A DNA stretch of 64,000 nt. It comes from Nitrososphaeria archaeon (lineage in GTDB: Archaea; Thermoproteota; Nitrososphaeria; JACIWG01). The stretch lies in the NCBI GenBank assembly GCA_050011875.1, contig JBEKIG010000004.1:160001-224000 (forward strand), in the 5' to 3' direction. A model generated the notes under the pieces. It searched no databases, was not told the origin of the DNA, and worked only from the letters and a program-made list of their open reading frames with translations. The position numbers were made by a program, and so were the translations under genes. The stretch's first letter is position 1. Every line of letters begins with the position of its first letter. This document shows positions 20,206 through 29,080 of this stretch, piece after piece.

Positions 20206-20781
20206 GTGTCCGAATTACAAGAGAGCCATATTTTGATAAAGCTCCATCACCCTGATATATATGAAAAAATCTTTTTCTTCCTTTCAGGGATAATAATAAG
20301 TGTACCTCTCACACTTTTTGTAGAGATTTTCGGAAGTCAGAATTTTTTGGAAATCCCAGGCTTCTTTTTCACCCTTTTTTCTGTAGCAATTTTACCACCC
20401 TTAATTGAAGAATTTGCAAAAGCCTACCCCATCTTCTATCGTCATGGCGAAACTGAGAGATCAATTTTTATCCTTGGTTTCCTCTCCGGATTAGGTTTCG
20501 GTGTAACGGAATTCTTTTTTTATGTCGTCAATGGGGCACCGATATACATAAGGATCTTTGGAGTTTTCTTTCACGCGGCTAATACTTCGATAATCGCATA
20601 CGGTGTAGCGAAGAAACAGGTTCTTAAATTCTATTCTTTGGCCGTTTTCCTCCACGCTTTAAACAACTTTTCAGCACTACTTGGAATTTTTTATCTTGTA
20701 GGAGGATCAGCCGCCTTGGCGACGTCATTCTCTTTTTCGTATTACTTTTATACTATAACAAAGGAAAAAATTTATGGTTAA
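20206..20781 (+). CDS. PrsW-family intramembrane glutamic/metalloprotease
   Basis: EEFAK (EExxK), FGVTE (FxxxE), H and HALNN (HxxxN) motifs in a polytopic protein. Confidence 0.85.
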   Translation: MSELQESHILIKLHHPDIYEKIFFFLSGIIISVPLTLFVEIFGSQNFLEIPGFFFTLFSVAILPPLIEEFAKAYPIFYRHGETERSIFILGFLSGLGFGVTEFFFYVVNGAPIYIRIFGVFFHAANTSIIAYGVAKKQVLKFYSLAVFLHALNNFSALLGIFYLVGGSAALATSFSFSYYFYTITKEKIYG

Positions 20782-20947
20782 AGTTAGATCAACGTTTTTT
20801 GTTATCCTTCTTTAATTGTAGATTTAACATATGTCCCTTTAATCATGTCACATCCTGAGCCAGACTGAGAAGTGATCTTTTAACAAGGTCTATGAATGTT
20901 ATACTTATACATAAAAAGTTGGGACTTTTAGGGAACAATATGCTATT

Positions 20948-21289
20948 CTAATTCCTGGATTTTAATTCCTCGGGCTTTTTGCTAGCCTGTCTAAATAAGA
21001 TATAACCTAAGGCCGATATCACGACACCGATAACGATTAAACTCGCCCACTCAGGTATCACAGTCGTCAAAGCTTTAACTAAGCCAAACGTCACATAAAC
21101 GAACCCTATCAAGAATATGGTGAGGGCTAAAGCAAACAAGGCCATCTTTCTAAACAAAATGCGCAGGTACACCCAAGCCATTTCTTTAACGGAATCTATT
21201 TGTTCCTTTAAAGCCGCAGCTACAAAATTCTTGATATATTTTAAGATTACATCTCTGACGTTATCAAATGCAGACTTACGCTGGCTCAT
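20948..21289 (-). CDS. YqjE-like / putative holin-like 2-TM membrane protein
   Basis: Soluble helix, then two TMs with W-x-S-L-I-V turn; downstream of a DUF883-like gene. Confidence 0.55.
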   Translation of the reverse strand: MSQRKSAFDNVRDVILKYIKNFVAAALKEQIDSVKEMAWVYLRILFRKMALFALALTIFLIGFVYVTFGLVKALTTVIPEWASLIVIGVVISALGYILFRQASKKPEELKSRN

Positions 21290-21294
21290 AGAAT

Positions 21295-21540
21295 TTAATC
21301 TTCTTTCATTTTCTTAGCTGCTAGGACCAGCATTCCACCTACCGCCAGACCGGCTACAAACGCAACAGTCAATGCAGTTCCAGGATGCTCCTTCGTCATC
21401 GTCTCAGCTTTTTTAACATCCTCTTCAACATCCTCTTTAAGCATTAGAACGTTCCGGTTTATCTCATTTAGCATTTCCTGCATTTTCATGCCGACCTTAC
21501 CCGTTATTTCTTCATTTTCTTTCTTAGACTCACTTGACAT
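21295..21540 (-). CDS. ElaB/YqjD/DUF883-like tail-anchored protein
   Basis: Charged helix, then TKEHPGTALTVAFVAGLAVG-TM and basic tail. Confidence 0.7.
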   Translation of the reverse strand: MSSESKKENEEITGKVGMKMQEMLNEINRNVLMLKEDVEEDVKKAETMTKEHPGTALTVAFVAGLAVGGMLVLAAKKMKED

Positions 21541-21938
21541 AATACATGTTTATTTTATGCTTTATATAAATGTTATAGCGCTGTGATATATACAAATTAT
21601 TGCTCAGAAAAAAAATCATAAATATTAAAAAAAATTAATCTAAAATCTAAAATTATAATACGTATACACCTAACACGAACATGGAAATTGGGTAACAAAT
21701 ACAGTTTCTTGACCTGTAAATCAAAGACAAGTTTGTTAACTCACTGCGATCTTTCAGTAGCGTAACAGTTCTCTCATACTTTTGTTATATATCGACTAAA
21801 TGACCAAATATAAAAAGGGCACTACAGACTTTAGGATACAATTATATATAGATACCATTTCATTACTGATACACAATACATATTCAAAGCATCTACACAA
21901 TAAAAATAGCTTCCTAGTTTCTAGGCTTGGAATAGGAA

Positions 21939-23378
21939 TTAACCCTTCACGACTCCAATCGGGGTGATTCTAGCGACCTTTGTTGCAATACCAACTTGAT
22001 GAGAGACTTCTACCACCATATCAACGTCCTTGTAAGCTTCAGGAGCTTCCTCACTGACTACTCTGATATCTGCGGCTTCTAGCAGTATTCCACGGTTCTC
22101 CAATTCCCTCTTGACATCAGAACCACTTTTCGATCTTAATGCACCTCCTCTACTCATCATCCGACCAGCACCGTGAGCGGTGCTACCGAAACTTTTTTTC
22201 ATGGATAGCTCGTTTCCGACTAGTACCCAGCTTGAAGTGCCCATGGAACCCGGTATAAGAACGGGTTGGCCGAGATCTCGATATCTTTGAGGAACCTCAG
22301 GTCTGCCCCTTGGGAAAGCTCTTGTCGCGCCCTTGCGATGGACCAAAACTTTCATCTTTTGACCATCTACGTCATGTTCTTCGGTCTTGGCGATGTTGTG
22401 GGCTACGTCGTAAATTAGCCTCAGTTCCCTCTCGTCTACGCCGAAGATCTTCGAAAAAGCCCTGCGAACCCAGTGCGTAATCATCTGACGATTAGCCCAG
22501 GCAAAGTTCGCCGCCGCGGCCATGGCACCAAGGTATCTTTCACCTTCAGGACTGCGGATTGGGACACTCGCGAGCTCACGATCAGGCAGCACAATGTTGT
22601 ATTGTCTACTACACTGCTCCATCAGCCTCAAATAGTCGCTGCATACCTGATGACCTAAACCTCGGCTGCCAGTGTGAACCCATAGCACGACCTGTCCTGT
22701 AGACGGTATACCAAAGACCTTTGCAACATTTTCGTCAAATATTCTGTTGACAACGCCGATCTCTAGAAAATGATTACCGCTGCCGAGGCTACCCAACTGA
22801 GGAGCACCACGCTTCTTAGCGTTTGGGCTGACCATACTCGAATCGGCGGATTTCATGCGCCCATTTTCTTCACAGAATTCCCTGTCCTCTGTAAAACCGT
22901 AGCCGTTCACAACGGCCCAGTCAACCCCTTCGTCAAGCGCAGAGTTCAAGGAACCCTGACTTAGCTTCAACTGACCCTTACTGCCTAAACCGCTGGGAAC
23001 ATCGACAAACAATTCATGAACAAGATGCCTTAGCTTAGGGCGGACATCTTTTTCAAATAAAGGAGTGGAAATTAGTCTGACGCCACAGTTGATATCGTAA
23101 CCTACTCCCCCGGGGGAAATAACCCCTTCATCGTAGCTTGTCGCTGCTACTCCTCCTATTGGAAAACCATAGCCTTCGTGACCATCCGGCAGAACTATTG
23201 AAAACTTCTGTATTCCAGGTAGATGTGCAACGTTCACCGCTTGACCTAACGTACGATCTTCTGTCATTTTACGTAAAAGTTGCGCGTTAGCGTATATTTT
23301 GACAGGTACCCTCATTCCCCCATCCTTTTGTATTTCGTATTCTACTTCTGAAACTTTATCAGGCGAATATTTTGACAT
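21939..23378 (-). CDS. rtcB: tRNA-splicing ligase RtcB
   Basis: LPDGHEGYGFPIGG, GYDINCG, GSGNHFLE, HRKGAT, IPGSMG, HGAGR, EEAPEAYK. Confidence 0.98.
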   Translation of the reverse strand: MSKYSPDKVSEVEYEIQKDGGMRVPVKIYANAQLLRKMTEDRTLGQAVNVAHLPGIQKFSIVLPDGHEGYGFPIGGVAATSYDEGVISPGGVGYDINCGVRLISTPLFEKDVRPKLRHLVHELFVDVPSGLGSKGQLKLSQGSLNSALDEGVDWAVVNGYGFTEDREFCEENGRMKSADSSMVSPNAKKRGAPQLGSLGSGNHFLEIGVVNRIFDENVAKVFGIPSTGQVVLWVHTGSRGLGHQVCSDYLRLMEQCSRQYNIVLPDRELASVPIRSPEGERYLGAMAAAANFAWANRQMITHWVRRAFSKIFGVDERELRLIYDVAHNIAKTEEHDVDGQKMKVLVHRKGATRAFPRGRPEVPQRYRDLGQPVLIPGSMGTSSWVLVGNELSMKKSFGSTAHGAGRMMSRGGALRSKSGSDVKRELENRGILLEAADIRVVSEEAPEAYKDVDMVVEVSHQVGIATKVARITPIGVVKG

Positions 23379-23633
23379 TTAGGACCATCCCTTTCAGTAC
23401 ATTATTATTTTCCTGGAGATGATTCAAGGAAGAACAGAGCTGTTCATTTTCAATTTTGAATTTCATTATATAAATGTTTTTATTGTTAAAGTTCACAGTC
23501 ATCGAACTTTTTCAAGTAAAAATAAGCCTAAATCGATGGCTTTACCTTTAACCTTATATAAAAAATATGTAGACATTTTATTTCAACATGTATTTCTATT
23601 TTGATCAAGATTTATTACCGCAGCTAGCTTTAA

Positions 23634-25364
23634 ATGAGGGTAAAAGACTTTTTTCAATTGGAGATTCACATCATGGTGAAAATTATTGATGAGCCATCTT
23701 ACAGAGAAAAAAAATTTGTTTTTAAGGATAGATTCCAAGCAGGTAAAATCTTGGCTGAAAAATTAGGGGAATATAAAAGCAGATCTGATGCCATCGTTCT
23801 CGCCGTGCCTGCCGGTGGTGTACCGGTAGGATACATCGTGGCCAAAAATCTTTCCATATCTTTTGACATTATCTTAGTGAGAAAGATACAGATTCCGTGG
23901 AATACTGAAGCCGGTTTCGGCGCTTTATCTTGGGACGGAGAAATCGTCTTCAATGAACCACTAGTCAGAAGCCTTAATTTGAGGAAAGATGAGATTGAAG
24001 ACTTGGTCTCGAAGACCAAGAAAACAATTCTCGAGAGGCTTAAGAAGTTTAGGGGTGATAAACCGATGCCTGATATTGAGGGTATAGATGTGATACTCGT
24101 AGATGACGGTCTAGCTTCTGGTTTCACAATGTTGGCTGCTATAAAATCGGTTAAAAAAATGGGTGCACAAAATATAATTGTAGCTGTCCCTACATCATCT
24201 GTAAGCGCGATCAGACTTCTTAGATCAGAGGTAGATATGCTGGTTTCTCTAAATGTAAGAAGTGTTCCTTCCTTTGCCGTCGCAGATGCCTACTTAGAAT
24301 GGCATGATCTGTCGGATGATGAAGTAAAAAAGATTCTGGATGGTAAAGAAGGAACTTCTAAACGAATAAAGAATGCCATTAAGGACAGAAAAATGTGTTC
24401 ACTTTCTGCACAATTGCTCAGGATAACAAAGAATATATTTCACGACTTTACAATCAATAACATTATGCAGTCGATCAGAAATGACATGACCGGTAGAGTC
24501 TGCATTATAACAGGCGGCACTTCTGGGATAGGCAAAGCAACAGCGTTGGGATTAGCGAAGTTAAACGCAACATTGGTTATCGTCGGAAAAGACAAAAAAA
24601 GAGGGGAATCGGCATTGGAAGATATTAGGTCAAAGAGCGGCAACAAGAATGTTAATCTAATGTTAGCAGACTTTTCTTCACAGCAGTCGATTAGGCAGCT
24701 GGCACAAGATTTTAAAAGCAATTACAAGCGTTTGGACGTCCTTGTCAACAACGTAGGCGTCTTTATGCTAAGACGTTCTCTTACGGTGGACGGAATCGAG
24801 AAGACCTTCGCAGTTAATCACCTTGCTCCCTTCCTACTAACAAATCTCTTACTCGATCTGCTCAAGAGCAGTGCTCCTTCCCGTATAGTAAATGTGGCGT
24901 CAGCATCCCATTATGGAGCGAAAATACATTTCGAAGACGTACTGGGAGAAAGAAGATACATAGTAGGGTTAAGAGCATACGGTCAATCGAAACTTGCCAA
25001 TGTACTATTTACATATGAGCTTGCTAGTAGGCTTAAATCAACAGGTGTAACCGTGAATTGTCTTCATCCAGGCTTTGTAAGGACAAGCTTGGGTCGAGAC
25101 AACGGTCCTCTGTTCCCCTTCTTCAAGATTACAGGAATATTTGCTTCCAAACCTGAAAAGGGGGCGCTGACAGTGGTGTATCTGGCATCCTCTCCAGAGG
25201 TTTCAGGAGTCACTGGAAAATATTTTACTAAAAGGAAGCAGGTAAGATCCTCTGAAGAGTCTTACAACATAGAAACCGCCAAACGTCTTTGGCAATTAAG
25301 CGAGGAACTTACAGGACTCCCTAAGACAAATGAAAAATTATGGAAGACCGGAAGGATTGAGTAG
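23634..25364 (+). CDS. Fused ORF: type I phosphoribosyltransferase plus SDR (retinol-dehydrogenase-like) oxidoreductase
   Basis: FKDRFQAG, VILVDDGLASG (PRPP loop); ITGGTSGIG, NNVG, YGQSK (YxxxK), LHPGFV. Confidence 0.85.
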   Translation: MRVKDFFQLEIHIMVKIIDEPSYREKKFVFKDRFQAGKILAEKLGEYKSRSDAIVLAVPAGGVPVGYIVAKNLSISFDIILVRKIQIPWNTEAGFGALSWDGEIVFNEPLVRSLNLRKDEIEDLVSKTKKTILERLKKFRGDKPMPDIEGIDVILVDDGLASGFTMLAAIKSVKKMGAQNIIVAVPTSSVSAIRLLRSEVDMLVSLNVRSVPSFAVADAYLEWHDLSDDEVKKILDGKEGTSKRIKNAIKDRKMCSLSAQLLRITKNIFHDFTINNIMQSIRNDMTGRVCIITGGTSGIGKATALGLAKLNATLVIVGKDKKRGESALEDIRSKSGNKNVNLMLADFSSQQSIRQLAQDFKSNYKRLDVLVNNVGVFMLRRSLTVDGIEKTFAVNHLAPFLLTNLLLDLLKSSAPSRIVNVASASHYGAKIHFEDVLGERRYIVGLRAYGQSKLANVLFTYELASRLKSTGVTVNCLHPGFVRTSLGRDNGPLFPFFKITGIFASKPEKGALTVVYLASSPEVSGVTGKYFTKRKQVRSSEESYNIETAKRLWQLSEELTGLPKTNEKLWKTGRIE

Positions 25365-25614
25365 CTAACGTTAGCGGGTTTAGAAGTTTTGATGAGGTTA
25401 AAAATTTTTTCTTTGGCAGTAGAAAACGACTCAAGGTTTATTGATTTTAAGAATTATGTTCACCTTCAATAGAATTGCATCATAAATCGCATTTGATCCA
25501 TAACGGCTCTTAAATCAGCCAACTTGATAACGTTGCATGGCCAAACCTGAAACTTACCTCTATTAATCTAACCAAACATTTTGGTAATTCCCTTTGGTTT
25601 TAGTTAATTTAACT

Positions 25615-25893
25615 CTATTCTTCCATAACAATCGTTGTGAGAGTTGAACGAATACTCTTTAACCCTCTGATCTTAGAACTTACGGTATCCTTTAATTTAT
25701 CCATTGTGTCTGCAGAAAGCTTGACAATTACATCATATGTGCCGTAAATAGCATAAGCTTCCTTTACCTCTTCTATCTTTTTAAGCTCTTTGACTATTTC
25801 CCTTTCAGAACCCAAATCCGCATTTATCAATACAAACGCCGTCGGCATTCCTATCATTTTAAATATGAAATTGTTATATAAAACCTTTTCCAT
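25615..25893 (-). CDS. Standalone Lrp/AsnC ligand-binding (RAM) domain protein (start probably 25848)
   Basis: MPTAFVLIN...AIYGTYDVIVK...IRSTLT. Confidence 0.9.
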   Translation of the reverse strand: MEKVLYNNFIFKMIGMPTAFVLINADLGSEREIVKELKKIEEVKEAYAIYGTYDVIVKLSADTMDKLKDTVSSKIRGLKSIRSTLTTIVMEE

Positions 25894-26039
25894 AAATATA
25901 TGATAATATTTTTATAATATCTAAAAAAAATCTAAATTTATACCTTAATCTGTAAAAAAAGATTATATCAATAGTTCCCCACCTTATAATCGCCGGACGC
26001 TTCGATGGAACCCTACAAATTAAGAAAGTTCAATCATTT

Positions 26040-27275
26040 ATGTCCGATCATTTCAGATTAAACACGTGTACACTTGTAGAAAGCAAACTATTTCTGTATA
26101 ACCTGTTACCGTCGAATCTAAAAGTTTTGGCAACAATGCATAACACCTTTAATATTTATCAAAAGATAGTTAATGCGAGAGCCTTGAACAATCGTGAGAG
26201 AACTATGGCAGTCTTCACTCGCAGGAAAGCCGATCGTCTTATTTGGCAGCCTAGACTTCACCACTGGCATGAAGTTAACAAAGCTAGAGGCTCTCTGCCT
26301 AAGAAGTATAAGGATTGGGATATACTGCAAATTTATGACGATCTAGGCGCCTCACCGAGATCCTATCACTACTTTAATAACGTGATCAGAACGGTTGAAG
26401 GCGACGGCGTAAGGATCGAATTAAAGGAAGATATTGAATATGTTTACACTAAGTACATGACTGCAGAAGGGGATATTACTCAAATAGAAAAGAAGAACCT
26501 TTGGGGCACCAATAAGATGCGTATAAAGTATTTCTTGCAGACAACCGATGATTTTAGAATTCTCGAACATATTCTAAGAAGACAACATTTCGAATTTGAC
26601 GAAGAAGAATACGATAGAAATGATAGACTCTTAGGCGATAGATGCGAACCTATATTAAATCTGCCTCATGGATCGATACAGAGACTCTTTATCGAGTACA
26701 TGGGACTTGAGAGGGGGACAATAGCACTGTGGAAGACCCCCGAAAAAGTTGAAGAACTTCTACGTACATTCGACGAAAACGACGATAAAAGATTCGAACT
26801 GATTAAGAGAACTCCCTTTAAGATAATAAACTTTGGTGATAACATAGACGATTCACTTGTTTCTCCAACATTACTAAAGAAGTACATGTTGCCGTATTAC
26901 CAGCGTAGAACACGAGAACTTCATCAGATGGGTAAGTATTCCACTTCCCACTGGGATGGTAAGATTAAACACGTTCTACCTTTTGCCAAGGAAACCGGGC
27001 TAGACGGACTTGAATGCGTTCCACCTATTCCACAGGGTAGTGTCACCTTAGAAGAGCTTAGGGACGGCTTGGAAGGGATGATGCTGTCGGACGGAATTCC
27101 TGCCACCCATTTCATGCCCTATACGGGTGAAGAGGAACTTAAGAAGTTCATGCAAAAATTACTAGACCTTTTTGCGCCAAATATTATCGTAGGGATATCA
27201 GATATGATGCCGCCTGATGGAAGTGTAGAAAGGCTAAGAATGGTCGGAAGAATAGTTGAAGAATACAAAATCTAG
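26040..27275 (+). CDS. Uroporphyrinogen decarboxylase / MtaA-CmuA-like TIM-barrel protein (start probably TTG ~26184)
   Basis: NRER...AVF, GDNID, SHWDG, GLDGLEC, GISD motifs. Confidence 0.8.
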   Translation: MSDHFRLNTCTLVESKLFLYNLLPSNLKVLATMHNTFNIYQKIVNARALNNRERTMAVFTRRKADRLIWQPRLHHWHEVNKARGSLPKKYKDWDILQIYDDLGASPRSYHYFNNVIRTVEGDGVRIELKEDIEYVYTKYMTAEGDITQIEKKNLWGTNKMRIKYFLQTTDDFRILEHILRRQHFEFDEEEYDRNDRLLGDRCEPILNLPHGSIQRLFIEYMGLERGTIALWKTPEKVEELLRTFDENDDKRFELIKRTPFKIINFGDNIDDSLVSPTLLKKYMLPYYQRRTRELHQMGKYSTSHWDGKIKHVLPFAKETGLDGLECVPPIPQGSVTLEELRDGLEGMMLSDGIPATHFMPYTGEEELKKFMQKLLDLFAPNIIVGISDMMPPDGSVERLRMVGRIVEEYKI

Positions 27276-27296
27276 GAACTAGATATCAGAAGCAAT

Positions 27297-27734
27297 CTAT
27301 TCCCTGACCTTCATAATAAGCCACTGTTCTTTCCCCTCTTTTGTCTGAAATCTGATTAAATTATAGGTTCCATTTAGGCGTCCCCCTTTTAGATTAAATT
27401 TGATGCGTTTTTCCAAATTTTCTATAAGAGTGTATGTTCCTCTGTCCCAAATCGTAACTTTACCTGCACCATACTGACCTTCAGGAATCACACCACTGAA
27501 ATTCGCGTACTCCAAAGAGTGGTCCTCCACCCTTAAAGCCAGCCTTTTTACCCCATACTCTTGTGGAACACCCTTCGGAACAGCCCACGACTTTAAGACA
27601 CCGTCCATTTCAAGCCTAAAGTCGAAATGGTGAGTGGTGGCCCAATGTTCCTGCACAACAAAAATAGGCATGTAGAAAATAGAGTGATGGCAATATAAGA
27701 ACCTTACAGCAACAAATTTGTTAATCTTTTTCAA
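27297..27734 (-). CDS. Standalone LigD 3'-phosphoesterase domain (start probably 27671)
   Basis: FVVQEHWATTHHFDFRLEMDGVLKSWAVPKG, RLALRVEDH, YGAGKVTIWDRG. Confidence 0.93.
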   Translation of the reverse strand: MKKINKFVAVRFLYCHHSIFYMPIFVVQEHWATTHHFDFRLEMDGVLKSWAVPKGVPQEYGVKRLALRVEDHSLEYANFSGVIPEGQYGAGKVTIWDRGTYTLIENLEKRIKFNLKGGRLNGTYNLIRFQTKEGKEQWLIMKVRE

Positions 27735-27868
27735 TAAATTTGTGACTTATACCGTGAATATATTCGGGAAAAGATTAAATAATAAAAATGTCCATTATTA
27801 TTTAAACTCATTTAATGTCTAATTGACATATGGCCTTAAGAATAGATAGATATCCTCAAGGGCATATT

Positions 27869-27954
27869 GTCCCCGTAGTTTACTCTGGTAAAATGTTTGG
27901 GAGAATTTTTATCAGGGTAGCAGTTTGCAGGCGTTCGAATCTATTCGCAGGACA
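27869..27954 (+). pseudogene. Degenerate tRNA-like sequence
   Basis: GTCCCCG-TA-GTTT-ACTCTGGTA-AAAT D-arm, GTTCGAATC T-loop, 3' CGCAGGAC partly complementary to the 5' end; anticodon and T stems decayed. Confidence 0.6.
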
Positions 27955-28224
27955 TATGTCTCATCAAAATTGTTTAGATAGATATGAATAGAATGATTGA
28001 AGCGATTTAAATAAAGCAGAGAGGCAGTCAAACATGACGAACGATAAAAAAGATCTGATGTCACCGCAGTGTTCACTTGAAATCAGATGATTTTTGAGAA
28101 GATGTTTTAAATGATAAATAGATTTTTGTTTTAGTTAAAACCTTGTCTCAAAAATTTTACGTCTGTAAATAAATATTAAGGGAGAAGTTGTTTATTTTTA
28201 ATTTGAAACGAAATATGTTAGAAT

Positions 28225-28914
28225 CTAAGGGCTGGCTATGTAGCTCTGGTTTGAGTCGCCATTGATTGAATAGCCATTCTGCTCCCAATAACCTTTGAAG
28301 TCCGTATTATTGGAGACCTCTATTTTTGTGATCCACTTTACCCACTTATAGCCCCATTTGCCTTCCGCAACCACCTGAAATGGCCAACCATTTTCAGGCG
28401 ATATAGTAACGTTGTTCATCTTGTAGGCGATCATAATGTTATTGCTGTTAATGTAGTCGATGGGCAAAGAGTCAGAATAGTTGTCGTAGCCGTAGAAAAT
28501 GACTATCGTTGCATTCGATTTTACACCTGCATCTGCTAAAAGGTCTTTTATGAGGAAACCCTGCCACAGCATTGTGACACTCCATCCTTCAACACAGTTC
28601 AACGTAACAACTTTTTCATAGGCTGTATACCTCGATATAACCTCATCGTATGTGAGAGTAAGGTTCTTGTCAACGAGGCCAGTGACAACGAGCCTATAGG
28701 TACTTTGATTGATGTATTGGGTTCCCTTGATGGAGACTTCTGGCTCATCGCTGATCGAGGAAAGCTTTTGACCCTGGTAATCTGTTATCTCAGAAGTGTT
28801 AAGTTTAGTTGTACTGCCCACAGTTGTATAGTAGCCCAAAATAGCCGCTGCGGCAACAATCACTATAATCACTAAAAGGAACGGCAGTCTCTTAACTGAT
28901 ACATTCCGCTGCAT
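28225..28914 (-). CDS. Molybdopterin-dependent oxidoreductase (sulfite oxidase/MsrP family), membrane-anchored
   Basis: LNCVEGWS, GWPFQVVA, WGYKWVKWI, GYWEQNGY. Confidence 0.9.
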   Translation of the reverse strand: MQRNVSVKRLPFLLVIIVIVAAAAILGYYTTVGSTTKLNTSEITDYQGQKLSSISDEPEVSIKGTQYINQSTYRLVVTGLVDKNLTLTYDEVISRYTAYEKVVTLNCVEGWSVTMLWQGFLIKDLLADAGVKSNATIVIFYGYDNYSDSLPIDYINSNNIMIAYKMNNVTISPENGWPFQVVAEGKWGYKWVKWITKIEVSNNTDFKGYWEQNGYSINGDSNQSYIASP

Positions 28915-29080
28915 TTATAGGCTATATTATAGCAGTGTTATACTTAAGTGTTATTACTGGAAAAAAATAATCAGAATTATACATTAAATGTTCTGAAGGC
29001 TAGTGTTAAGCTTGGAAAAGACTGCCAAGTTTAAAAGATCATAAATAAACTAATTAAAGTCGTTAGGTGGACCATACATC

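Noticed and set aside
23419-23604. 61-aa + strand ORF between rtcB and the PRTase
   Set aside because: AT-rich divergent promoter region; probably spurious
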